A stretch of DNA of 64,000 nucleotides from Candidatus Woesearchaeota archaeon (lineage in GTDB: Archaea > Nanobdellota > Nanobdellia > Woesearchaeales > GW2011-AR15), in contig JAFGJW010000007.1 in the NCBI GenBank assembly GCA_016928835.1, positions 12,158-76,157 on the forward strand. The letters are read 5' to 3'. The notes under the pieces are model-generated. The model saw nothing but the letters and a program-made list of their open reading frames with translations, was not told the origin of the DNA and did no database searches. The position numbers were made by a program, and so were the translations under genes. Below are positions 29,627-40,297 of the stretch, piece by piece. Within the stretch, counting starts at the first letter, position 1, and each line of letters opens with the position of its first letter.

Positions 29627-30724
29627 TCATGACTTTGCCTGAGATTTTCTTTGTTTTATTTTTCTTGGCTTGACCTTACCGTTTATTGGGTAACGAAGCG
29701 ATCCATCTTTAACTCGGATAAAAGGAGGTAGTCCCTCTCTTGTTCTATCAACAGTTCTTGTTCCAAGTTCAGCATGACTTGCCAGTAAGGTGATAATTGG
29801 TTTCCCATATTCATCAATTAAAACATGGGCTGTGCCTAGAATCTCAGCAACATCGTCAGGAGTCATAAGCCTATCTAGATTTTCGCAATAGAAATAAACA
29901 GCTTCGCAGGGATGTACTCCAAGAGGTAAAGCTCCGACTGCATCATCCTTAAGTCGCCTTACTCGGTCAAATTCCCTTTTGGTAATGACATCTAGTGTAC
30001 AAGGAGTTCCCTGGAGATTACGTCCTTTTCTCCAAGGCTTTTCATGTTGCATTCTTAGCCATAGGTACCCAGGGTTTTGATCTTGTAAGTTTGATGCGTA
30101 TATTTGATGTATACCCTCAATTGAAACTACATATATTTCATACACCTCTGTATCAGTTGCATCACAACCCATCATTCGTTCCACCTCTGTAAGTAAATCA
30201 ACAGCTTCTTTTATATTTGGGTATGATTCGCTACCGATCACAACATAGGGTGAATCTCCATTTTGAAAGAAGACAGATCTCGCTAATCTTTCAGGTGTAA
30301 CTGCACTCAGTGTGCTCCGTATTGATAATTCTTCAGAATAGCGAACGTGTTCTAACAAGACATCTTTATTTCCTGGTCTGAGAGTAAACACAAATATACC
30401 AAGATCGGTTTCTTTAGCTAATGTAAAAGGTAACTGATCTATTTGATAATGAAGTATTGCCCGAATTATTTGACTTGCAACATCTGGAGGAACTGCCGAA
30501 GTTTCCTCAGCATGTATTCCGTATGTTCCTATCAAGGTGGCTAATCTCCCCCCTTCTAAATATACTTTCGAAGCCAAATCACCAGGTAATGAGACCAGGG
30601 TGGTTTTTGGATTCAATGAATCTTCGCCTATTTTCTTTGTCCATCCTCTCCGCCGATCTATAAGAACAACGAAACCGTAATCTTGAAAACTTTGGAAGTA
30701 AGGAACTGCATAATTTACAGTCAT
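29627..30724 (-). CDS. hypothetical protein
   Basis: 365 aa, Arg-rich, no recognisable motif. Confidence 0.5.
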   Translation of the reverse strand: MTVNYAVPYFQSFQDYGFVVLIDRRRGWTKKIGEDSLNPKTTLVSLPGDLASKVYLEGGRLATLIGTYGIHAEETSAVPPDVASQIIRAILHYQIDQLPFTLAKETDLGIFVFTLRPGNKDVLLEHVRYSEELSIRSTLSAVTPERLARSVFFQNGDSPYVVIGSESYPNIKEAVDLLTEVERMMGCDATDTEVYEIYVVSIEGIHQIYASNLQDQNPGYLWLRMQHEKPWRKGRNLQGTPCTLDVITKREFDRVRRLKDDAVGALPLGVHPCEAVYFYCENLDRLMTPDDVAEILGTAHVLIDEYGKPIITLLASHAELGTRTVDRTREGLPPFIRVKDGSLRYPINGKVKPRKIKQRKSQAKS

Positions 30725-30860
30725 TTTAGGGCAGGGTACATAAAGGTTATATAATAACTTTTCGCTATACAGAAAAGGTTTTAGGATTTACCTAAGAAAA
30801 CATTAAAAAAGAGCTTTAAATTCTTTAAGTCTATTTTATCATAACAATTATAATTTACAA

Positions 30861-30929
30861 GAGGGGGCAAGCCCCCTCCTGACCTCCCCCAGAAGCGCTT
30901 CTGGGGGTCGAAGGGGGCGGAGTCCCCTT
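30861..30929. repeat. cluster of three GC-rich perfect hairpins (GAGGGGGC-AA-GCCCCCTC; CCCCCAGAAGC/GCTTCTGGGGG; AAGGGG-N7-CCCCTT)
   Basis: Direct reading; about 70% GC block in AT-rich intergenic region immediately upstream of tgt TATA-like box. Confidence 0.6.
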
Positions 30930-30955
30930 CTAACTTATATGAAGATTCATATTAA

Positions 30956-32161
<1,206 letters not shown>

Positions 32162-32285
32162 ATTGCTATTATTACTTCTTTGACTAAAATATTTCTGGAC
32201 CTTCTTGAACAACACCTAGATCTACCAGATACTGCGCCTCAGATCGTATCTCGATTTACGGTCCGTATTCTTACAAATACTGCCT

Positions 32286-32654
32286 CTATTTCACAAATTC
32301 AACATTATCAAAATTCTCGAATTCTTTATCGCCCGTAAGAAACTTCATTTTATTTTCTTCTGCCATTATGTAGCCTAAGCAATCAGGAAAGGATAGTTTT
32401 TTCTCTTTATTCTTAAGTCTGAATTTAGCAGCATCGTGAATATGTTCTTTTTTAATCTCCAAAAAATTGAAATTAAAAAGATTTAATATTTTTGTAACCT
32501 GGTTTTCTCTATCTCTTAAAATAAGATAGTAAAATTCATAATAGGTTAAATTATTAATAAAAACAGGTAAATCTACATATTTCTTATATGCTGGCTTTCC
32601 CTCTATTATTTCAATTAGTGCGTAGGTATCAAAAACAAAACTCATTACTCCCAC
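32286..32654 (-). CDS. vapC: PIN-domain ribonuclease toxin VapC
   Basis: FVFDTYALIE N-terminal acidic residue and FLTGD near C-terminus; overlaps upstream antitoxin. Confidence 0.75.
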   Translation of the reverse strand: MGVMSFVFDTYALIEIIEGKPAYKKYVDLPVFINNLTYYEFYYLILRDRENQVTKILNLFNFNFLEIKKEHIHDAAKFRLKNKEKKLSFPDCLGYIMAEENKMKFLTGDKEFENFDNVEFVK

Positions 32655-32866
32655 TCTTCCCTTAATCTATCTTTTATATTCTGTGCGTTAATCTTCCAAT
32701 CTTTTGCTATGCCGAATACTTTTGGGTCTGGTTTTTTCACCTTTTTCTTTATTTCAACTATTATCTCCTCATTCTCTTTTATCTGTTCTTCCTCAATTAT
32801 TTTTTTGGGTATAGTAACACCTAATGAGTTTCCCCACGCCCTTGCTATAACCTCTATTTCAGTCAT
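32645..32866 (-). CDS. vapB: AbrB/SpoVT-type antitoxin VapB
   Basis: 73 aa; swapped-hairpin motif VIARAWGNSLGVTIPKKI. Confidence 0.7.
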   Translation of the reverse strand: MTEIEVIARAWGNSLGVTIPKKIIEEEQIKENEEIIVEIKKKVKKPDPKVFGIAKDWKINAQNIKDRLREEWE

Positions 32867-32901
32867 TATGTATAATATAATATAATTATATTTAAAGTTT
32901 T

Positions 32902-33585
32902 CTATTCTCCAACATACATCTTCTTCTCCGGCACAAGATAAATCATCCAGAAGGATAAGATTGTGACTATTGCCTTAACCAAAATATTGCTTAAAACCAT
33001 AATCCAGAGAACATCTATGCTTAATACACCTGAAAAAGCTATTGCCGGAAAAATTATACTATCTATAGGAATTGAAATACTATTGGAAATAATAACCCTT
33101 AGCCACTGCGGTTTTTTCTTTCCAAAGCCAGTAGTCCACCATTGGTAGACTTCAGTATCGATCAACTCTGAAACAACTTCCGCAATTATAGAGGCAATTA
33201 CTATTCTTGGTATAAGACCAAAGATAAATTCCCATGCTGCCTGGGCTCCTCTTGAAGCTTCATTAGTCCCCACCATCAAACTCGTTGCATTCCAAAAAGA
33301 AGCGCCCCATACAGGTTCAGGGGGCAGCATTACTGCGAATTGGAAATAGAGAGCCATTATTATGTTAATAATACCAGCCAATATAATCGCCGTTTGTGCT
33401 GCTTTTTTTCCCAGTTGCTTATGGATAACATCCCTCCATGTAAAGGTAAAAGCATAAATGATGCCGGCATCCATTACAAGCCTGCCAAGTACAATTACTT
33501 TGGTTGCGGCAATATCTGCTGCCATTTGCAGGAATATATAAACACCAGAAAGGATAACTGCAACCTGCGTCTTTGTTAATCTCAT
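32902..33585 (-). CDS. queuosine precursor transporter YhhQ/DUF165 family
   Basis: 227 aa 6-TM protein with DUF165-like motifs (ADIAATKVI, FTWRDVIH, SELIDTEVY). Confidence 0.8.
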   Translation of the reverse strand: MRLTKTQVAVILSGVYIFLQMAADIAATKVIVLGRLVMDAGIIYAFTFTWRDVIHKQLGKKAAQTAIILAGIINIIMALYFQFAVMLPPEPVWGASFWNATSLMVGTNEASRGAQAAWEFIFGLIPRIVIASIIAEVVSELIDTEVYQWWTTGFGKKKPQWLRVIISNSISIPIDSIIFPAIAFSGVLSIDVLWIMVLSNILVKAIVTILSFWMIYLVPEKKMYVGE

Positions 33586-33626
33586 ACAAAAGAAGAAGTC
33601 ATGTCAAATTAAAAAAGGTTGTGATT

Positions 33627-33863
33627 TTATCCTTCCTTAACAATTATCTGCTCCATTGCCTGCTCTATCTTCGCACTCATGTTGTACCCTTTATTTTTGC
33701 AAAGCTTCCTGAATTTAGATGCAGTAGATTTGTCTATTGTAAAGTTAAGTCTTGTTTTTGTTCTTATCTCATGGGTTTTTTCAAATTCTAAAAGAGTGTC
33801 AAATAATTCTTTGTGTTCTTTTGCGATCCTATGAGCTCTTTCACGGACATTTTCGGATGGCAT
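33627..33863 (-). CDS. small putative partner/antitoxin of Doc toxin
   Basis: 78 aa basic protein immediately downstream of and overlapping the Doc gene by 23 nt. Confidence 0.4.
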   Translation of the reverse strand: MPSENVRERAHRIAKEHKELFDTLLEFEKTHEIRTKTRLNFTIDKSTASKFRKLCKNKGYNMSAKIEQAMEQIIVKEG

Positions 33864-34191
33864 CTTTGATCATTTCCTCAATTTTTATTATATCTACAAT
33901 ATTTTTCAAAACAATCTTTTGGACTAGTTTAGCAACGTCACCATCATTTGTACTACAATTTTTTAATTCTGCATAATACTTCACTAACAAAGCAGCTGTT
34001 CTTTTATTGCCTTCTTCAAAAACATGATCCAGTAGTATTGCTCTCACTAAAAACGCTAGTGCTTTTGGCCAGTTTGTAGTTCTTTTTGCATAGCTTATAG
34101 CAAAATCCAGGCTTGCTTCATTAATAACAGTTCCAGTATCAAATTCCTGATTAAGTGCAATAATGTCCTTTTTTGTTAACATGAATCTCAT
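33841..34191 (-). CDS. doc: Fic/Doc-family toxin (death-on-curing-like)
   Basis: Fic motif HVFEEGNKRTA. Confidence 0.75.
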   Translation of the reverse strand: MRFMLTKKDIIALNQEFDTGTVINEASLDFAISYAKRTTNWPKALAFLVRAILLDHVFEEGNKRTAALLVKYYAELKNCSTNDGDVAKLVQKIVLKNIVDIIKIEEMIKDAIRKCP

Positions 34192-34320
34192 TTTTAGTAT
34201 GTATTCGTGTGTATAAATGTGTATTTATATTTAAATTTATTGATTTTAAAAAGTAAAGAAAAAGTCATTTATATATCTCACTCGTGAATGTGTCGAGTGA
34301 AAAAATAGAAGATAAAGAAC

Positions 34321-37300
34321 TTATTTTATTCCCAGTTCCTCTTCTTTTTTCTTAACAAGCAAAGTTGTTTTCATCACGGTGTCAGGATTCAAAGACATTG
34401 ACTTGATTCCACATTTAACCAAGAATTCAGCAAACTCCGGAAAATCACTCGGTGCTTGTCCACATATCCCGATGTACTTCCCTTTCCTGTTCGCAATCTC
34501 GATAACCTGCTTTACTAATTTCTTTACTGCATCATTTCTCTCATCATAGATGTGGCTCACTAATTCTGAATCTCTATCTAAGCCAAGTGTTAATTGTGTA
34601 AGGTCATTGCTCCCTATAGAGAAACCATCAAAAATGTCTAAAAACTCTTCTGCCATAATAACATTACTTGGAATCTCGCACATACATACTATCCTCAGTT
34701 CATTTTCACCTTGTTTCAAACCAAATTCTTCCATTGTCTCAACTACTTTCTTGCCTTCATCAGCTGTCCTGCAAAAAGGTATCATAACAACTATATTAGT
34801 TAATCCCATCTCATCTCTGACTCTCTTTAATGCTTTACATTCCAAATTAAAAGCTTCTTTATAGTTCTTGTCATAATAGCGGGAGGCTCCTCTCCATCCA
34901 ATCATTGGGTTATCTTCCTCTGGCTCAAACTGCTTCCCCCCTATAAGATTTGCATATTCATTGCTCTTAAAATCACTTAATCTTACAATAACATCATGAG
35001 GATAGAAGGCGGCTCCTAACATAGCAATACCCTGGGCCAACTTATCAACAAAATAATCTCCCTTTTTCTTATACCCATAGGTAAGCTCTGAGATAATCTT
35101 CTTCGCTTTATTATCCTTTAATTTATCATACTTCAGCAATGCCAATGGATGCACCCGGATATATGAATTAATAATGAACTCCTCTCTGGCAAGACCAACC
35201 CCGTCATTTGGAATAAAACTTAGGTCAAATGCCTGTTCTGGATTGCCAATATTCATCATAATTTTTGTCTTGGGCCTTTTCAATCCCTTTAGGTCAGTCT
35301 CTTCAACTTCAAATTTCAAGAGTCCTTCATATACATAGCCATTTGTGCCTTGGGAGCAATCAACTGTTACTTTCTGGCCTGACTTTATTTTGGTTGTTGC
35401 TTTGAGTGTACCGACAATGCACGGTATCCCTAACTCTCTTGACACAATCGCTGCATGGCAATTATTTACTAGAACCGGTGTTAATCTACTGGTAAAAACA
35501 ATGTAGTTGTGGTTATCAGCCACTGTAATATTATATACTTCCTTAATCCCCTTCTCTTCCACAAAAGAGACTCTCTGCATTCGTGTGTCTGATTCAATAA
35601 GTTTATTCAGTTCATACTTTTCTCTTTCACTGCACATAGGGAGAACATTCTTAATAATTTTGTCAGCGTCAATCATTAAATTATTTACTACATATGTTTT
35701 TATTCTTCCTTTATAATTCACCTTATCAACAATATCTCCCATAACTTGTTTAGCAGAAAAGAATCTGACACCATTTACTGTTCTATTATCCTTTCCCTTG
35801 ACTCTTTTTGTGTATGCTAATATCTCATCAATGCGCTCAACTATCTGCACATTCCATATTGTTCTATTTGTTGTTATCTGGGGCACAACTCCAAGTCTCA
35901 AGCAACTTACAACAATGGACTCCAGTAATAACCTGCTTGAGCAATATATATTTATTCTGCTACTCTGGTGGCTATAGCTTCCGTCTCCATCAATAACTCC
36001 TGCAAGATAATTTAAGACTAAAGTTGTATCCGCTTGCAGAAGCGTCTGGACTATCAGCTGCTTCTCTTGGTTCAATTGAGTAGCTATCTGTTTACTATAA
36101 CACCTGTATGCGGTTGCGTTGCCTTCAACAAGTTCTCCCCTTATGAGACCAGAAGACGTTTTTTTCTTGACTGCTTTAAATGATTTGTTGAACAGCTTTT
36201 CCATGCATTGGTTTACTTGGTAAATGAACTCTTCTTTTTCCTCCGTCGGCTTTTGGATGAATTGCACTTCACCATGGGTTGATGAAAGATATATGCTTCC
36301 ATCAGTGATAAGTGCTCCTAAAAGATATGCTAATTTGTGCTCCTTATCTGTGGAAGTGTTTAGCTGCGGAATCTTTTGGGCTAATAGAAGCATCTGTTCA
36401 CCTTCAAGCAATGTGGATACCTGTCTACCCACTAGTTCTCTGTCTTTAAAAGTAAGCATTTTATGGTCTGGTGTTAAGTTCAAGGTATTTCCTTTCATTC
36501 TTCCTGTTTGGGAAACACCTACTTCAATCACTTCTGATTCTCTCTTCATTGAAGCTATTACTGGTTTCCACTCAATTTTCAAGGTTTCTTTGTTTAAAGA
36601 GGGGACATATAGACCATCATAATCATTAAATACCTCTTTAAAGGTCCTGAACCCTTGATTTGTAAGCAAGACGGTATCACCAGTAAAGCATGTTCTCCCT
36701 CCTCTATTAGTCACAATAGCAGAGGCAATCTTCATTATGGGCTCCCAATCCGGGTCGGTCATATCAGTAACCAAAACCTGGCCTTTCTTAAAATTCCCAA
36801 TCTGCTTTACCTCGGCAATCACATTTGCGTCTCCCTGCCCGATCATCTCACCAACTGCATTACCTTCAACAAGCACCTGGCCTTTTTCTTTCAGCACATA
36901 TTTTTTCAAGACATCCACATCTTTTTGGGAATGGACTGTCTCAGGCCTTGCCTGTACAATATATAGATGTTTGTCAACACCATCCTTAGCCCATTCCATG
37001 TCCATGGGCTTGAAATGGCCTGCCTTTGCTGAATAATGATCCTCTATTATACAACCCCATTTAGCCAGTGTCAAGATCTCATCATCTGTCAGACAGAATT
37101 TTTTTCTCTCGCCTTCTGTAGTATTTATGTTTTTTGTTGGTTTATTCCTGTCAGTGGAATAAACCATTTTTTTCTCTTTTGAACCTACTTTTTTGCTTAG
37201 GATAGGTTTGAAACCCTTCTTCATTGTAGGCTTGAAGACATAGAACTCATCTGGATTGACTGCACCCTGCACGATATTTTCTCCTAGGCCCCATGAGCCT

Positions 37301-37974
37301 GTGACAAAAACAACATCTTTGAATCCTGACTCAGTGTCAATTGAGAACATGACACCAGAGCATGCCTTGTCGCTCCTGACCATTTTCTGGACAGCAATAC
37401 TCAGTCCGATTGAGAAATGGTCAAAGCCTTTGTCTTCCCTATATGAAATCGCTCTATTTGTAAAAAGTGATGCAAAACATTTTTTGCAGGCATCTAATAA
37501 TTGTTTTTCTCCTCTTATATTAAGATAAGTCTCCTGCTGTCCCGCAAAGCTAGCATCTGGAAGATCTTCTGCAGTTGCACTGGACCTTACAGCCACATCA
37601 ACATTCTGCTGCTTATAGGCCTTGCACAGATTTTGATACTCTCTAGTTATTTGCTCTGCCAATTCTTTAGGCAGCTCAATATTTTTAATAAGCTTTCTTA
37701 CTTTTTCGCCTCTCTCTTGAAGATTCTTAATATTATGGGTGTCCAAGTCTTTTAATATCTCCTTTATCTTTTCTTTTGCTTGTTCTTTCTCTAATAAATA
37801 AAAATAAGAGTATGCAGTAATGGCAAAACCATTAGGCACTCTAACGCCTTTTGATGTTAATTCGCGATACATCTCTCCCAGAGATGCATTTTTTCCACCT
37901 ACTAAAGGCACATCTTCTATGCCAAGCTGGTCAAACCAAAGAATAAATGCGTTTTTTTTATCCAAGATAAACAC
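34321..37974 (-). CDS. ppsA: phosphoenolpyruvate synthase (pyruvate, water dikinase) interrupted by an in-frame intein
   Basis: ATP-grasp N-domain, phosphohistidine motif GGRT-[intein]-CHAAIVSRELGIP, PEP-utilising TIM-barrel C-domain; 1217 aa versus about 807 aa without intein. Confidence 0.9.
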   Translation of the reverse strand: MFILDKKNAFILWFDQLGIEDVPLVGGKNASLGEMYRELTSKGVRVPNGFAITAYSYFYLLEKEQAKEKIKEILKDLDTHNIKNLQERGEKVRKLIKNIELPKELAEQITREYQNLCKAYKQQNVDVAVRSSATAEDLPDASFAGQQETYLNIRGEKQLLDACKKCFASLFTNRAISYREDKGFDHFSIGLSIAVQKMVRSDKACSGVMFSIDTESGFKDVVFVTGSWGLGENIVQGAVNPDEFYVFKPTMKKGFKPILSKKVGSKEKKMVYSTDRNKPTKNINTTEGERKKFCLTDDEILTLAKWGCIIEDHYSAKAGHFKPMDMEWAKDGVDKHLYIVQARPETVHSQKDVDVLKKYVLKEKGQVLVEGNAVGEMIGQGDANVIAEVKQIGNFKKGQVLVTDMTDPDWEPIMKIASAIVTNRGGRTCFTGDTVLLTNQGFRTFKEVFNDYDGLYVPSLNKETLKIEWKPVIASMKRESEVIEVGVSQTGRMKGNTLNLTPDHKMLTFKDRELVGRQVSTLLEGEQMLLLAQKIPQLNTSTDKEHKLAYLLGALITDGSIYLSSTHGEVQFIQKPTEEKEEFIYQVNQCMEKLFNKSFKAVKKKTSSGLIRGELVEGNATAYRCYSKQIATQLNQEKQLIVQTLLQADTTLVLNYLAGVIDGDGSYSHQSSRINIYCSSRLLLESIVVSCLRLGVVPQITTNRTIWNVQIVERIDEILAYTKRVKGKDNRTVNGVRFFSAKQVMGDIVDKVNYKGRIKTYVVNNLMIDADKIIKNVLPMCSEREKYELNKLIESDTRMQRVSFVEEKGIKEVYNITVADNHNYIVFTSRLTPVLVNNCHAAIVSRELGIPCIVGTLKATTKIKSGQKVTVDCSQGTNGYVYEGLLKFEVEETDLKGLKRPKTKIMMNIGNPEQAFDLSFIPNDGVGLAREEFIINSYIRVHPLALLKYDKLKDNKAKKIISELTYGYKKKGDYFVDKLAQGIAMLGAAFYPHDVIVRLSDFKSNEYANLIGGKQFEPEEDNPMIGWRGASRYYDKNYKEAFNLECKALKRVRDEMGLTNIVVMIPFCRTADEGKKVVETMEEFGLKQGENELRIVCMCEIPSNVIMAEEFLDIFDGFSIGSNDLTQLTLGLDRDSELVSHIYDERNDAVKKLVKQVIEIANRKGKYIGICGQAPSDFPEFAEFLVKCGIKSMSLNPDTVMKTTLLVKKKEEELGIK
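35461..36690 (-). mobile_element. intein with LAGLIDADG homing-endonuclease domain inside ppsA (410 aa)
   Basis: Begins CFTGDTVLL (Cys1), ends VLVNN followed by +1 Cys; two LAGLIDADG motifs LLGALITDGS and LAGVIDGDGS; boundaries checked against nucleotide sequence. Confidence 0.85.
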
Positions 37975-38061
37975 CTCTTATACTAAAAATAACCATTTAG
38001 AATTGTACAGAGATAGATAAGTTTTATAAAGGTTTGTTATGAGTGAAGAGTGGGGAAAGAG

Positions 38062-38907
38062 TTAACCTAAATTAAACCTACAAGTTCCACAGCGAGAATA
38101 TATTTTATAGGTTGCGGGTTGTGAAGGACTAAAAGCCTCATGTTCCCCATCCGGATCTAAAGCAGAATAAGGAATTTTAATGTCGCGTTTATGATATAGT
38201 TCAAGAAACAGAGCTCTAGGCAAGAGTATTACTCGAGGATGAGTCATATCTCCACACCTATTACGAGGCAGATGCACTTTGTCTCCATTTTTTGTAACAA
38301 CTACTAATTTTGGTGAACTTGCTTCTCTTACTTCGCTTTCAGTTTGGTATGTAGGCACTAGAGGAATATTTAGATAAGGTTTTCCTTCCCATACAAGAAT
38401 GTGCAAACCTTGCTCTGTAGGAAGCCTTGTAATTAGCTCATGCCTCAAGGCCTGCTCAATAGGATACATCAATGGTTTTGGGAATGGAGGGAAAAAGAAC
38501 AATGGTTCAACAAAAGAAGTATCTATTTTTCCTGCTTCATGTTCAACAATAGAGGTAAGTGAATCCGCACAACTGTCGGCAATCCTCACAAGAGTCTCTT
38601 CGGGTCTGGTTTTTGCGGATATTTGTTCTCGAATTTTGCGTCTTATTGAATAATTAAAAAAAGTCTTATCGAATATAAAATTAAAATCTTCATTCCCAGG
38701 AAACCATAATCCTTGCGGTACAAAAGTTATTGCTAGATTAACATCAGTTAAGTCTTGAGTTTCTGACCGGTCTATCCAATAAAAATAAATTCCCCTTGGC
38801 ACATGTAATCTTCTTAACACATAAGCTAGCATGTTTGCTTTTCTTAGCATGTTATTCTTAAACTTTTCTGTTTTAACCACTCGAAAGTACTTACAAAACC
38901 GAAACAT
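38062..38907 (-). CDS. hypothetical protein
   Basis: 281 aa, Arg/Pro-rich, C-terminal Cys pair; no recognisable family. Confidence 0.45.
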   Translation of the reverse strand: MFRFCKYFRVVKTEKFKNNMLRKANMLAYVLRRLHVPRGIYFYWIDRSETQDLTDVNLAITFVPQGLWFPGNEDFNFIFDKTFFNYSIRRKIREQISAKTRPEETLVRIADSCADSLTSIVEHEAGKIDTSFVEPLFFFPPFPKPLMYPIEQALRHELITRLPTEQGLHILVWEGKPYLNIPLVPTYQTESEVREASSPKLVVVTKNGDKVHLPRNRCGDMTHPRVILLPRALFLELYHKRDIKIPYSALDPDGEHEAFSPSQPATYKIYSRCGTCRFNLG

Positions 38908-39299
38908 TTAAATAGGAGTTCTAACTACTATCTAGTAACTACAATGAGGCGTAAGAGCCAATTCTCATTATCACCCCACTCAAAACTCTTACGCCGCATA
39001 AACATTGAAAATGGAATACGAAAAAGACATCGAAATCCTAAGAACGTTGAGAAAAAACTCTAAAAAAAGGAGTTTTAATGAGGCTATTAACAGCAAAGAG
39101 CTTAGTGCTGATGAGCTTGACGAATTATTTTTATCATAGGTGATATTATGGCTAGGATCAGACGATCAAAAACAAATACTACCTTTTTCATGGACATACC
39201 TAAAGACGAGGAGAATGGAAAGAGATGGAAAAAGATTGAAGATGGTCTTGAATATGAATTCTAGTTTTTAAATAAAAATATTAACTCTTACTATTTCTA

Positions 39300-39490
39300 C
39301 ATGCATTACGCCAAGGTGGGACAATTCGGCTACTCCGACGGTCTCGAACAGCCCTGCTGTGCCTGGAGGCCTTCGCGGCTAAAAGGCTTTCGGGCAAACC
39401 GTTTCCTTCGGGAACTCCCGGTTCAAAGAACCTTTTAAGAAAAAATCTTAGGTTTTGAAAGTCCGGGCCTTGGCGCCTTTCAATATCAAT
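39300..39490 (+). ncRNA. GC-rich structured non-coding island; contains RNase P RNA P2-P3-P4(5' strand)-like segment (TTCAAA / hairpin / TTTGAA / GAAAGTCCGGGC)
   Basis: About 55% GC in non-coding DNA of an AT-rich genome; exact match to RNase P CR-I core GAAAGUCCGGGC preceded by P2/P3-like pairing; remainder of an RNase P RNA not found, so identity unresolved. Confidence 0.3.
39466..39478. repeat. 13-bp direct repeat GGCCTTGGCGCCT (left copy) flanking AbrB-RelE cassette
   Basis: Identical 13-mer at 39466-39478 and 40298-40310. Confidence 0.8.
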
Positions 39491-39496
39491 GCATTT

Positions 39497-39799
39497 CTAT
39501 TGCTCATCCTTATGTGAATACTCAACAAATCTAATTATTCTCTCTTGTTCATAGTAAACATAGTAAAGTCTAAAAGAATCAAGATAAACCTCTTGTTCAC
39601 CTTTCCTTGAATACCTCATGTGCTTCCCAATGCTGGGATTCTGAACAATTTTTAATATTTGTTTGAATAGTCTAATCTTTGTATTGGTATCCTTAGTTTT
39701 TTTTATAAGTTTATTAAATTCTTCTGAGAAACGTAACGAGATGTTTTTTTCCTTTGCTGTGGCTAAAATAAGGATTCTAATCTCTTCAATTGAGCTCAT
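39497..39799 (-). CDS. RelE/ParE-superfamily toxin
   Basis: 100 aa; C-terminal FRLYYVYYEQERIIRFVEYSHKDE resembles RelE/ParE fold terminus; 4-nt overlap with upstream antitoxin. Confidence 0.6.
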   Translation of the reverse strand: MSSIEEIRILILATAKEKNISLRFSEEFNKLIKKTKDTNTKIRLFKQILKIVQNPSIGKHMRYSRKGEQEVYLDSFRLYYVYYEQERIIRFVEYSHKDEQ

Positions 39800-40067
39800 T
39801 TTAGGACTTCTTCAGCATCAAGTTCCTTGCCTTCTTCCATATCCTGCAATATTTTGTCGTGCCTCATTGCCCTAACAAAATCTCTTGCAAATCTGCTCTT
39901 CTTTCTGTCAATATTCAGAATGTCCTTAACAGGTTTAATGACTATCTCATTATCATCAGACATTATTACCAACTGGTCATTTTCTGTCAAGCCCAAATGA
40001 TCCCGTATGTTGTTAGGTATAACAATCTGGCCGCGAGTGCTTAGTTTCGTTATTCCAATTTCCATGT
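39796..40067 (-). CDS. AbrB/MazE-type antitoxin (SpoVT_AbrB domain)
   Basis: MEIGITKLSTRGQIVIPNNIRDHLGL; start moved to internal Met with GAGGT RBS 8 nt upstream. Confidence 0.7.
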
Positions 40068-40297
40068 TTTTTACCTCAATAATACGAAAATGAAAACATT
40101 TTCGAATATCCAGAATAAAGAAATTATTCTGTATAAGTATGAAAAGTAAGATTATTATATAAATCTTTTGGAATTGAGAGAATTGTTTAGAGTTACAGAA
40201 AAATATAAAAATAATAATATCAAAATAGAACATATTATGAAGGAAAAAGGTTAGCAAAATATTTCCCAAGAATTATTCAATTATTTTTTTCAGTCAA

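Noticed and set aside
39300-39490. Complete RNase P RNA gene
   Set aside because: Only the P2/P3/P4-5' segment is recognisable. The downstream sequence is the RelE toxin gene, and no CR-II to CR-V elements are present on either strand within 1 kb, so it is reported only as an RNase P-like fragment/island.
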